Part shown: positions 46,344 through 55,384 of the stretch, piece after piece
How the letters are laid out: every line of letters starts with the position of its first letter
Numbering within the stretch: the stretch's first letter is position 1
Notes under the pieces: generated by a model
What the model was told of the DNA's origin: nothing
Seen by the model: only the letters and a program-made list of their open reading frames with translations
Databases searched by the model: none
Origin: a virus
Lineage: Duplodnaviria > Caudoviricetes
Reading direction: 5' to 3' (one strand)
Virus record (IMG/VR): IMGVR_UViG_3300019373_000210
Span: 3,520 to 67,519 of that record
Length of the DNA stretch: 64,000 nt
Made by a program: the position numbers and the translations under genes

Positions 46344-48950
46344 TTATAGCAATCGCACCAGTTCTAAGAACTTGCTGAAATGGTACGCCCCCTCAAGGTG
46401 CGGGTCGCTGTTCTGGAACACCATGTAGTACCTGAACTCGTCACCGATACTGTTCTGCCACTGCCGCCCCATGCGAAGCTTCGCCCGTGTCTCCGGGTTG
46501 TTCAGGTGGTCGCCCTTCGTCTCGATCAGCAGGAGCCGCCCCTTGGCGGTGTACGCCATGAAGTCCGGGTAGTGGTTGGTCAACCCGTTTATCGCGAACT
46601 CTCGCCGGGATATGTTGCGGTGCCACCACACGATGTTGTCCAGGCCCGACAGCGCCATCATCATTTCAAGCTCGAACCCGTTTACACGCTCCTCGCTCTC
46701 GTAGAGCGACTTCGCAACGGGGTTGTCGAGCACGTCGGCCGGGCTTATCGTCTCGGCTAGTTTCCAGGACGGCTTGCAAACGATGGCGGCCCGCTCTATC
46801 TCCTCGCCGAACCGCATCGTGCAGTAATCGCGCTCCAAAGCGTCTATCTTGTCGCGGATCTTCTTCGCGTACACGGTGGGATATTTCTCGAGCGTGGCGA
46901 GCTCGTCACCCGTCATGTCCCCGACGATGCGGTCGATGTACGCCTCGAGTTCGGTAGAGCTCACCGCATCGTCCTTGTTCAGGTATTCGTGCATGATCCC
47001 CTTGCAGATGCGCACCTTGCTCTCGGGCGAGCGCCCGGAGAAGTACTGCTTGATGTAGGCGCTGTCGCGTCCCATCAGCTTCTGGGTAGAAACGCCGCCG
47101 CCCTTCATCACGTCGAGCTTGTACATGTCGAAGTCGATGGACGCGAAATCGATTCGGCTGTCAGCGCCCTTCAACGTGAACCCTTCCAGCAGGTGCGCTT
47201 GCGTCAGCAGCACTTCCTGGCTGTCGCAGAACAGGTTCCCCTCGATCGTCTTGAAGAACTGCGGCAAGGCGAGCGCGAGCGCCTGCTCCCGATACTCGAC
47301 CTTCATGCGGTACCCGTCGCCTAGGCTCGTGAAGAAGTAGCTGATTCCGGCGTCGCCCTGCGCCGACTGCGCCCTCCGCTCGTAGTCCATGGCCTCTCCT
47401 TCGGCGATGGCCGCCATGTCGCCCGCCGCGCTGCCGCCGCCGTGCGCGTGCGAGTCTATGAGCTCGGCAACCTTTCCGTCGTCCCATTCCAGGAAGTCCT
47501 CGGCTCCCGCCTCGTCATCGACCGCAAGCTGCGTTTGCTCCGGCTCACTCGGCGCCTCGTCCTCGACCAGGCCGACTAGGCCCACGTCGTGAGCGCGGTA
47601 GTCCTGCTTGCTGAAGCCCGCGCTGTTCAGCCCCGCAATCACCCGATTCACGGTCGCCTGGAAATCGGCCGACGACGTCAGCACGTAGCTCATGTTCAAT
47701 ACGGGCGTGTCGTATCGCCTCGTGAACGGCTGCCGCAGGATGCGCCCCACGACCTGCTCGACGTCGACCTGCGACGTCTTGTTCGCGAGCGTCGCCAGGA
47801 TGTACGCGTTAGGGCAGTCCCAGCCCTCCTTCAGCGCGTTCACGGTGATTATGAACCGTATCTGGCACGCCGGGTCCATCAGGTCCACGTGCCGAAGCTC
47901 GTTCACGTTCGCAGTCTTGATGGCTATCTGCTCGGCGGGTACGCCGAACTCCACCAGCTTGTCGCGCAGCTTCTCGAAGGTGGTCGAGTCCTCCTTGCCC
48001 TTGGGTTGGGCCTGGAACAGCACGATGGGGCGAATGCCCGCCTCGGAGGCCCCGGCATCGTTTCTGGCTGCCTCTTCGAGGTTCTGCCTGAAGTCGATCG
48101 CGTCTACGAGCACGTCTTCCTTGCTCGACCGGTTGTACACGACCACTGGCAGCTTCACCATGTTCTCGGCCTTGAGCTGCAGGGCGTCCACGTAGCTGAT
48201 CACGTTGCTGTTCTTCGCCGGCGTCGCCGTCAGGTCCAGCACGAAGCACGGGTTGAAGTTGTTCAGCATCTCAAGGCTCAGCGTGCTCTTCGCATGGTGG
48301 CTCTCGTCCACGATCACGAGCGGGTGCAGCTGGTTTATCACCTGTATCAGCGCCGTCTCGTCGGCCCCCTCGATGGGGGAGGCGGGCTCGCCGAGCACCT
48401 CCGCGAAGGGCATCAGGCTGCTGTTCTCCTGGTAGGCCTTGCGCCCCTCCTTCTTCCCCGCGCGGAACGAGTCGTAGCTCAGCACGAATATGCTCAGCTG
48501 CTCGCGCACGCTCGTCGGGCTGAAGTTCTGCCCGACGAGCAGCTGCGCCTTCGTGTACACCTCCACGCGCCCGCCGAAGTCCACGTCGATCTTCTGGCGG
48601 TAGGGGTGAGTCGGGTCGGATAGTGCCTTCGTCGTCTGCTCCAGGATGGCGTCCGACGGCACCAGCCACACGACCGCCCTCGCCTTCGTGAATTCGGCGG
48701 AGTCGAAAATCGGCTTCAGGGCGTTGCAGGCCAGGAAGGTCTTGCCACCGCCGGTGGGCACCTTGAAGCAGACGTGCGGGGCGCCGGCCACGGTGTCGAC
48801 GTACGCCGGTATCCTCGACCCGCCGACCGCCACGCCGCGAAGCGCCCAGTAACTCTTGTAGGCCGCCGCCGCGTCGTGCGTGTCCGCCAGCTCCGCCAGG
48901 TAGGAGCGGAGGTCCTTCATCACCCTGCGTTGATATCTCTTGAGCTCCAT
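46344..48950 (-). CDS. res: Type III restriction subunit (SF2 helicase + PD-(D/E)xK nuclease)
   Basis: KVPTGGGKT, IVDESHH, LKEGWD, GRILR, YPDF..LIETKG. Confidence 0.9.
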   Translation of the reverse strand: MELKRYQRRVMKDLRSYLAELADTHDAAAAYKSYWALRGVAVGGSRIPAYVDTVAGAPHVCFKVPTGGGKTFLACNALKPIFDSAEFTKARAVVWLVPSDAILEQTTKALSDPTHPYRQKIDVDFGGRVEVYTKAQLLVGQNFSPTSVREQLSIFVLSYDSFRAGKKEGRKAYQENSSLMPFAEVLGEPASPIEGADETALIQVINQLHPLVIVDESHHAKSTLSLEMLNNFNPCFVLDLTATPAKNSNVISYVDALQLKAENMVKLPVVVYNRSSKEDVLVDAIDFRQNLEEAARNDAGASEAGIRPIVLFQAQPKGKEDSTTFEKLRDKLVEFGVPAEQIAIKTANVNELRHVDLMDPACQIRFIITVNALKEGWDCPNAYILATLANKTSQVDVEQVVGRILRQPFTRRYDTPVLNMSYVLTSSADFQATVNRVIAGLNSAGFSKQDYRAHDVGLVGLVEDEAPSEPEQTQLAVDDEAGAEDFLEWDDGKVAELIDSHAHGGGSAAGDMAAIAEGEAMDYERRAQSAQGDAGISYFFTSLGDGYRMKVEYREQALALALPQFFKTIEGNLFCDSQEVLLTQAHLLEGFTLKGADSRIDFASIDFDMYKLDVMKGGGVSTQKLMGRDSAYIKQYFSGRSPESKVRICKGIMHEYLNKDDAVSSTELEAYIDRIVGDMTGDELATLEKYPTVYAKKIRDKIDALERDYCTMRFGEEIERAAIVCKPSWKLAETISPADVLDNPVAKSLYESEERVNGFELEMMMALSGLDNIVWWHRNISRREFAINGLTNHYPDFMAYTAKGRLLLIETKGDHLNNPETRAKLRMGRQWQNSIGDEFRYYMVFQNSDPHLEGAYHFSKFLELVRLL

Positions 48951-48959
48951 TTGCGCCGC

Positions 48960-50546
48960 CTAAAGCCGTGCGATGTCTCGCGGGATCTTCTTGAACGTTA
49001 TGCCGAACTCGGCCAGCTCGTCTTCGGACAGGCTGCAGGTGTCGGCGTAGATCACGTAGCCCTCCTGCCGCTCCGTTATCGTCGAGAGGAACGCGTAGTC
49101 GAGCGCCGTGGCAGCGTCCGGCACGTAGTGGAAGTAGTAGCCCGTGCCGTTCGAGTCGCCGAGGTGGTAGGGGTTGCCGCCCTCGGGCGGCTCGAAGGAG
49201 CGCCCCGTCTCCGTGTACCACACGTAGGCGCGTATGCGCTCCGCCCCGACCGCCTCGTTCAGGTTGCCGTCCTCCTTGAACATGCGCTCTCCCAGCTCGT
49301 AGAAGCCGAATGATCCGCCCGTGCCTTCTACTGCCTTCTTGCCTTCGCCGTACCCGTCGATGACGCGCCTCACGCGCTCGGCGGTGATGCTGTCGGCGTA
49401 GTCCATCATCTCGACGAGGATGAACCTACGGTTGCCGCCATCGGACTTGTTCACGTTCAGGACGGCATGCGCCGTGGTGCCGGAACCGGCGAACGAGTCG
49501 AGCACGATGGAGTCCTTGTCGGTCGCAATCTGCAGGATCCGCTCGATGAGGCGTGTGGGCTTGGGGTAGTCGAACACGGCCTTCCCGAGCATCGACGCGA
49601 GCTCCTGCGTTGCCTCCTGCGTGTGCCCGACCTCGGTGTTCGGCCACCAGGTCCAGGTGGTCTTGCCAGGCTTGTCGCGAAGATAGTTCTTCTGCCTCGG
49701 GACACCGTCGCCCGACTCGCCGAACCACAGGCGGCCGCTGTCCCTCAGCTCCTCGTAGACCGAGTACAGGTTCTTCCAGCAGCGGCCCTCCGGAGGCCCT
49801 ATCACCTTGCCGGACGGCGTCTCTATCTCGTACATCTGGTTCGGCCTGAAGCCCTGCGCCGTGAAGTCAACGGAAACCCACGGCCCGTTCGGGTCTTTGT
49901 CCGGGTTCCTGTACTTCTTGGCGTCGTCCTCGCTCAGCGGGACCAGGTTGAGCACGGCTTCGAGGTCGGAGGCGTCCTTCGCGTAAAGGACGATGTATTC
50001 GTGGCCGTTGCTAATCCGCTTCCTGGCGTCGGGAGACGTTCGTTTTTGCCAGATGATGGTCCCGACGTAGTTGCTCTTCCCGAATATCTCGTCGCAGATG
50101 AGCTTCAGGTTCGCGTACTCGTTGTCGTCTATGCTGATGAAAATCGCGCCATTGTCGGCGAGCAGCTTGTAGAGCAGCCGCAGACGCGGGTACATCATGC
50201 AGAGCCATTTGTCGTGGCGGCTAAGGTCCTCGTCTTCGGAGCCGACAACCTCGCCAATCCACTTGCGAATCTTCGGGTCGTTCACGTTGTCGTTGTAGAC
50301 CCACCCCTCGTTGCCGGTGTTGTAAGGCGGATCGATGTACACGCAAGACACGCGCCCCTCGTACTCGGGAAGCAGCGCCTTCAGCGCTTCGAGGTTGTCC
50401 CCGTGGATGACCATGTTGCCCGAATGGGAGCTGCCGTCGTTCTCGCTGGATTCATCGTATTCGTATACGCAGTCGAGCGTCCGAAGCGGCACCTCAAGAT
50501 GGTGGTTGATAACCTTGTTCTTTCCAATCCATTCGAGCGTGGGCAT
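48960..50546 (-). CDS. mod: Type III adenine DNA methyltransferase
   Basis: IHGDNLEALK, IDPPYNTG, YPKP, VLDSFAGSGTT; start ATG 50546 with GGAGG RBS. Confidence 0.92.
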   Translation of the reverse strand: MPTLEWIGKNKVINHHLEVPLRTLDCVYEYDESSENDGSSHSGNMVIHGDNLEALKALLPEYEGRVSCVYIDPPYNTGNEGWVYNDNVNDPKIRKWIGEVVGSEDEDLSRHDKWLCMMYPRLRLLYKLLADNGAIFISIDDNEYANLKLICDEIFGKSNYVGTIIWQKRTSPDARKRISNGHEYIVLYAKDASDLEAVLNLVPLSEDDAKKYRNPDKDPNGPWVSVDFTAQGFRPNQMYEIETPSGKVIGPPEGRCWKNLYSVYEELRDSGRLWFGESGDGVPRQKNYLRDKPGKTTWTWWPNTEVGHTQEATQELASMLGKAVFDYPKPTRLIERILQIATDKDSIVLDSFAGSGTTAHAVLNVNKSDGGNRRFILVEMMDYADSITAERVRRVIDGYGEGKKAVEGTGGSFGFYELGERMFKEDGNLNEAVGAERIRAYVWYTETGRSFEPPEGGNPYHLGDSNGTGYYFHYVPDAATALDYAFLSTITERQEGYVIYADTCSLSEDELAEFGITFKKIPRDIARL

Positions 50547-50704
50547 TAACGCTGCCTCCAATACCTCCGTCATCCAGGCAATCGAATTATAACGCCGATG
50601 AAAACGCCATCACTCGGCCATATGCGGCTGCCTTCAATCGAGACAGAAGGCGTTTGCCCGCGTTCGCGGTACATCGGAACCACGCTTGCAGCGTTATACG
50701 GTTT

Positions 50705-51113
50705 TCTGCTGCCACGCCAGCCATCGGTGCCACCGCGCGCTACGTCATCACGGCTTGGCCGCAGCCCACGCGCCCCCACCTGCGGTCTTCACCGGGCGGC
50801 CGTGCCCCACGGGGCGCACGGCGCATGGAAGCGTCACTGGGCTGCCGTGCCCGCCGGCCCCGTCGCTGCTCCGCGTGTTCCGCCGACCAGCCAAGCCGCT
50901 TCGCGTCTTGTCTGGTGCCCGGCTTCACACGCTACGCAGCGCCGGGTCCGTCGTGCACGGCAGCTCGGAAGGTTGTCGGCTTTGCGCCGTGCGCCCCGTG
51001 GGTCACGGCCGCTTGGGCGCCGGTTCAGCCCGCAGGTGGGGGCGCGTGGGCTGCTACGTTATCTCGGCTGTCCGCGCACGGCGTCACCGATGGCTGACAG
51101 GCGTGGCAGCAGA
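50705..51113. repeat. 409-bp imperfect inverted repeat (single long fold-back)
   Basis: Nested stems, e.g. 50705-50718/51100-51113 (14/14), 50718-50729/51085-51096 (12/12), 50761-50785/51030-51054 (25/25), 50796-50825/50983-51012 (29/30); apex near 50900. Confidence 0.92.
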
Positions 51114-51199
51114 GGTGTGGTGGGTCTGCGGCCGCCACGGCGGAGCTGGCACATGCCGATTGGCCACCGTCTCGGATGCGCCCGGTCCCAGCGAGGGTG

Positions 51200-52096
51200 T
51201 CACGCCCGGACGGCCTCATCATCCACCAAATCCAGGAACCGCCCGTACTCCGGCGCATACGCGAGCCTGACGAGCCCGCAGGACCCATGAGCGTTCCTAG
51301 CCACGGCCACGACCGCCGTCCCGAAATCCGGAGCGTCCGCCCTGGCACCCTCCTCGGGCGTCGAGCTGCGGTCCAGGAGCGTCAGCACGTCGCACTCGTC
51401 CGCCACCGAATCGAGGGCGATCCCGACATCGCAGAGATCGTACCCGCCCTTCCTGACGCACCGCGCGATCCCCTCATGCACACCCACGGTGATGACGACG
51501 GGCAGGCCCATCTCGACGGCGAGATTCTTCATCCGGGCGGCCGCCCAGTCAGCGTCGTGGCCGCAGTTCTCACCGAGGCGCTCGACACCGCAGAGCACGA
51601 CGAGACCGCCGCCGCGCCCGCCTAGGGACTCTTCGACGAGCTCGGTCACGTCGCCTGCGCCGATGTCCCTGCCGCAGCACAGATGCAGGTCGTAGCCCGA
51701 AATCGCCTCCGACGCATCCACGATTCGCTTCAGCTCATCCTCGCCGAGCTCGCCAGCCGAGAGATCCGACAATCCCACCCTTGCTTCCGCCGACAGCGCC
51801 CGCAACGCAACCTGCCGCCTGCTGGTCTCGAGCGTCACGAGGAGCACCGGAGACCCTTGCTTTGCGACCGAGAAGGCAATCTGGCACGCCAGGGTATGCC
51901 TTCCCGCCCTGCTCGTCCCCGCGATGCAGGCGAGCTCGCCAGGCACAAGCCCGCCGAGAACCGCATCCAGGTTCTCCAACCCTGTCGAGAACGATTCTCC
52001 TTCGAACCCCTCGATTCCCTTAACAGTTTTCGTGACGTCCCCGAGTGTCTCTTCGAGAACGCTGCCGATGTTCTCAGCCATGTTTTCGTTGCTCAT
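51200..52096 (-). CDS. DnaB C-terminal-like protein with degenerate ATPase motifs
   Basis: STGLENLDAVLGGLVPGELACIAG, VLLVTLE, LKNLAVE-like region, DSVADECD, VARNAHG; Walker A reads GTSRAGRHT, Walker B LVVLCG. Confidence 0.8.
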   Translation of the reverse strand: MSNENMAENIGSVLEETLGDVTKTVKGIEGFEGESFSTGLENLDAVLGGLVPGELACIAGTSRAGRHTLACQIAFSVAKQGSPVLLVTLETSRRQVALRALSAEARVGLSDLSAGELGEDELKRIVDASEAISGYDLHLCCGRDIGAGDVTELVEESLGGRGGGLVVLCGVERLGENCGHDADWAAARMKNLAVEMGLPVVITVGVHEGIARCVRKGGYDLCDVGIALDSVADECDVLTLLDRSSTPEEGARADAPDFGTAVVAVARNAHGSCGLVRLAYAPEYGRFLDLVDDEAVRA

Positions 52097-52199
52097 TACG
52101 TTACCGTCCTAACGCACGCATGCGTGCATCGAGTAAATGTGATTGTTGAAAATGTTGTTCGGCGAAGCGTGAGAAGCGCCTTGGCCGCAAGGCCAATCG

Positions 52200-52394
52200 C
52201 TATCGCGCCAGGCGCGTGCGCCTCTCGTGATAGGTGGCCCGCCAGTCCGCGCAGATGGCTTTCGCTTCCTCAGCCCTTAGGTTCGGAAACTCCCGCACGA
52301 GGTACGCTGCCGCCAGCACCGTGTTCACCTCGCCGCTATCGCGTAATGCATCCAGGAAGGCGAAGTAATCGCCGTCTGGCACCAGGCTACGCAT
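52200..52394 (-). CDS. Small conserved-looking phage protein, 64 aa
   Basis: YFAFLDALRDSGEVN...AYLVREFPNL..EAKAICADW; start overlaps the yhcG stop. Confidence 0.6.
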   Translation of the reverse strand: MRSLVPDGDYFAFLDALRDSGEVNTVLAAAYLVREFPNLRAEEAKAICADWRATYHERRTRLAR

Positions 52395-53460
52395 CCTCTT
52401 CACCGCTCGCTAGCGCCCTGCGCTCATTGGCCTCGATGGCCATGCGAACTTGTTCAGCCAGCTCCTCTTCATCGGGCATGACCGTCACATAAGTCGAGGC
52501 GAAGATCCGGTTCTCCAAGCCGCCCAGCGCATAGTGAGCATCGATGTTCCGCTTGTCGGTGCACAGGATGATGCCGATGGGCGGGTTGTCGAACTCGTCG
52601 TTGACCTCCTCGGCGTAGTAGTTCAGGTAGGCGTTTATCTGGCCGACGGCGGACGCCATGAGCTTCGACGTCTTGAGTTCGATGAGGACGTAGCTCCGCA
52701 GCAGCTTGTTGTAGAAGACCATGTCGACGTAATTGTGAACGTTGCCGATCGTCACGCGCTGCTGTGTGCCGACGAACCAGAACCCGCGCCCGAGCTCGCG
52801 CATGAACTTCTCGATTTGCGCCACGAGGGCCGCTTCCAAGTCGCTTTCCATGGGCGGCTCGTCCTCGGGAAGGTCCAGGAATTCGAGAACGTAAGGCTCG
52901 CGGATGATGTCTGCGGGATCGCGGGGAACGACGCCCTCGTTAGCCAGGGCCAACACGTGCTCTCGCCTCGCCTCGTCCTTCGCCTTCAACAGGCGCTCGA
53001 ACAGCAGGCTATCCATCTGGCGGCGCATCTCGCGCACACTCCACCCCGAATTCGCCGCTTCATGTTCGTAGAAGCTGCGCCTCTGCGGGTCGCTGACGCT
53101 CATGAGCTCGCAGTAGTGGGTCCATGTCAATTTTCCAGTCACTGACTGGAAAATCTGATGCTCGTTGTAGAACTGCCTCATGTTGTACAGGTTAGTCATG
53201 GAGTAGCCGCGCCCGAGCTCCTTCGTCAATCGCCTCGACAGCTGCTTGATCGTCTGGTCGCCGTATTCCGCACGATCCCTGCCGCGCAGCTCGTAAACCA
53301 CGATCATGCGGCCGTTCAGCCAGTACGAGAGAAGCTGCGTTCGGTTCGTCTCGCGGGCGACATGCCTTTTCGCCGCCCTGTCGACTTTCTTGATGCCCTC
53401 AACCAAGTCCTCGAACGTCTCGGGGTCAACGCTCTCGCGCTCTATGGTCGCAAGCGCCAT
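52387..53460 (-). CDS. yhcG: YhcG/DUF1016 PD-(D/E)xK nuclease
   Basis: YWLNGRMIV, YGDQTIKQLS, LTWTHYCEL, FYEHEA, WSVREM, REPYVLEFL, VDMVFYNKLLRSYVLIELK, GQINAY, PPIGIILC; probable start ATG 53460. Confidence 0.92.
   Translation of the reverse strand: MALATIERESVDPETFEDLVEGIKKVDRAAKRHVARETNRTQLLSYWLNGRMIVVYELRGRDRAEYGDQTIKQLSRRLTKELGRGYSMTNLYNMRQFYNEHQIFQSVTGKLTWTHYCELMSVSDPQRRSFYEHEAANSGWSVREMRRQMDSLLFERLLKAKDEARREHVLALANEGVVPRDPADIIREPYVLEFLDLPEDEPPMESDLEAALVAQIEKFMRELGRGFWFVGTQQRVTIGNVHNYVDMVFYNKLLRSYVLIELKTSKLMASAVGQINAYLNYYAEEVNDEFDNPPIGIILCTDKRNIDAHYALGGLENRIFASTYVTVMPDEEELAEQVRMAIEANERRALASGEEDA
53130..53154. repeat. 25-bp palindrome inside yhcG
   Basis: ATTTTCCAGTCA-C-TGACTGGAAAAT, perfect 12-bp arms; encodes IFQSVTGKL. 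Confidence 0.9.
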
Positions 53461-53471
53461 GTCTCCATCCG

Positions 53472-53500
53472 AGATTTTCCAATCACTGACTGGAAAATCT
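53472..53500. promoter_or_regulatory. Second copy of the yhcG palindrome at operator position
   Basis: 53474-53500 matches 53130-53156 at 26/27 nt; lies 14-38 nt upstream of ATG 53460. Confidence 0.65.
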
Positions 53501-53667
53501 TGGGAGTTGCCATTATCTGCCGGCTGGCCCATCTTTTCCTCCACTCCAATTCCACCACCACTGGCGGCAGAAATCCGTTTCCGCTAAATGATAGCCCATT
53601 GCACGTTGCTTGAGCCAAACCGGGCGGGCCGCGAACTCTCCAGACAGGGTTTGGAATATCTTGAAGG

Positions 53668-55359
53668 TTACGCATTGGAAATCGCCGCCAACTCAGCCGC
53701 CCTCTCTTCCGCTACCTCGGACGATTCCGCATACCATTTCGACCTGAACTCGGCAACCGTCATGGTCACGCCGACCTCGGCTAAGTCCTGTTTCTTTTCT
53801 TGGAAAGTGTCGACAATAATCGAGTCATCGAATTCCACGCGGATTGCGCCTTCATGGGGAAGTTCGATGCCGAAACCTCGCGCGATGTGGAGAAGGGCCC
53901 GCGCGATGCCGGCGATTGACTGTTCCAGTAAATGCTCGTGCCGCGCGATGTTGCGCATAAGCGCGCTGTTGTCGCTTGACACCTCGGTCGCGGTCTTCAC
54001 GTACCCAGTGCTGTCGAAGTCGAAGTACATGATCCCGAGCCCGCACAGGTCTCCGAGCATCTGGAGCGATATGCGCAAGGCTTCGACCTGTGAAGCCGTG
54101 CGAAGCGGGGGCGCGAACTCCTGAATCATGTCATCGGTACTCATGACCTTACGGAAAACGGTGCAATCCTGCTTCCCGAAGGGAATGGAAACCCGCTTCT
54201 TGCCGTCCCTCTCCTTGTCGAAGAGAACATCCGAGAGGAAGACCCTCATCTTGCTCACGTCCACTTCATTGATCATCGCGTCGAAAGCCAAATCAACCGC
54301 TTGGATCGCATCAACGGCATCCGCGAAGATAGATTGCCCGTAAGGACTCATGTCAACGCGCGTGTTCTCTATCGCCGGCTTGACGAGCGAGAAGGTGGGG
54401 AAAGGGCAACCCGTGTCGTATTCCGCGCAGATGCCCTCTGGTTGTATTTCGCTCCCATCTTCATCGAACAGCACCGTGATGATCTTGTACGTGGGGAAAG
54501 TGTCGGTTGGCGACGCCCCGGCACAGCCATCGTCGGCTCTCGATTTAGAAAGCGAAGATTCGGAAAATCCTTCTGCATTTCCATGGGAAGGTGAAGATGC
54601 GGAAGACGATGCAGCGTTGCAACTGTTTCCAGCTTCAGATTGCGAAGGTGAAGCCGAGCTCGCGTTTCCATGCGAAGAAGATGGCGAAAACGCCGCTCCG
54701 ATGCTTCCATGTGAAGGCGAGGAAGGGGAAAGTCCCAGCGCTTGTAAGGATTGGGAAAGGGAAGATGGAGAAGGTGAATCTGTGGAAGGCTCCACCCCGT
54801 CTCCACCCCCGAGCAGGTGCATTTGAAGCTGGTCCACGGCCTGCCCACGGTAGAACGCCCGCGTGACGAAGGCGCATTCCGTGACATGTTCTTCATCCCA
54901 GCTCAGGGGAATGACCATCCTCGCATCGTACCGCCGGATGCGAACGTCTTTCCTGTCTGCGTCGATCCACAGCGCCCACGCGCCGGTCCCCATGCCGAAC
55001 GCCCTAACCACAGTCGCTTGCGCCGAGGGAAAGAACCCGGTCTGGGTGAAGTATTCCTGCAGCCAGTCCGTGCACTCCTGGCTCTCGCATACCACCTGCG
55101 TCTTGTCGTTGAGAAGCAGCGAGCCCCACTCCCTGCAGACGCGCATCGCCGGCCGGATCGAGCGCCTATGTACCTCGTACAACCGCCCAAATCCATCCGA
55201 GTCGCGATAGTCATAGAAAGTCCCTTTGGACTGCATCCACCCGTGCCAGCTGCGTATGTATTCCTCCATGGGCTCCAGGGGATGGCGAAACCCCAGCCCG
55301 CGCAAGTACTCTCGCACGTGCTCCGGCACCCAGTACTCGACCTCTTCTATCTTGCTCAT
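53668..55359 (-). CDS. SPP1-type portal protein with a Ser/Pro-rich insertion
   Basis: RVCREWGSLL, GMGTGAW, PYGQSIFADA, LGDLCGLG, TATEVSSDNS, EFDDSII; start MSKIEE at 55359. Confidence 0.9.
   Translation of the reverse strand: MSKIEEVEYWVPEHVREYLRGLGFRHPLEPMEEYIRSWHGWMQSKGTFYDYRDSDGFGRLYEVHRRSIRPAMRVCREWGSLLLNDKTQVVCESQECTDWLQEYFTQTGFFPSAQATVVRAFGMGTGAWALWIDADRKDVRIRRYDARMVIPLSWDEEHVTECAFVTRAFYRGQAVDQLQMHLLGGGDGVEPSTDSPSPSSLSQSLQALGLSPSSPSHGSIGAAFSPSSSHGNASSASPSQSEAGNSCNAASSSASSPSHGNAEGFSESSLSKSRADDGCAGASPTDTFPTYKIITVLFDEDGSEIQPEGICAEYDTGCPFPTFSLVKPAIENTRVDMSPYGQSIFADAVDAIQAVDLAFDAMINEVDVSKMRVFLSDVLFDKERDGKKRVSIPFGKQDCTVFRKVMSTDDMIQEFAPPLRTASQVEALRISLQMLGDLCGLGIMYFDFDSTGYVKTATEVSSDNSALMRNIARHEHLLEQSIAGIARALLHIARGFGIELPHEGAIRVEFDDSIIVDTFQEKKQDLAEVGVTMTVAEFRSKWYAESSEVAEERAAELAAISNA
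54570..54790 (-). repeat. Degenerate SPSHG-type repeats inserted in frame in the portal gene
   Basis: Core TTCCATG(G/C/T)GAAGGTGAAG on the plus strand; peptide SPSSPSHG / SPSSSHGN / SSPSHGN. Confidence 0.8.
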
Positions 55360-55384
55360 GTCAAAGCTCCAATCCATCAAGTTT

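Noticed and set aside
48960-50546. Phase-variable mod gene
   Set aside because: No simple-sequence repeat tract seen in the gene or its promoter
44652-50549. Long plus-strand ORFs 44652-46325, 47589-48623, 49467-50549
   Set aside because: Antisense shadows of the P-type ATPase, res and mod
50598-51348. Overlapping ORFs on both strands across the fold-back
   Set aside because: Arg/Pro/Ala-rich with no motifs; expected by-product of a GC-rich palindrome
7961-53667. Cargo as a composite transposon or nested ICE
   Set aside because: No transposase, relaxase, second recombinase, terminal inverted repeats or target duplication noticed; the HerA-like ATPase has no T4SS partners
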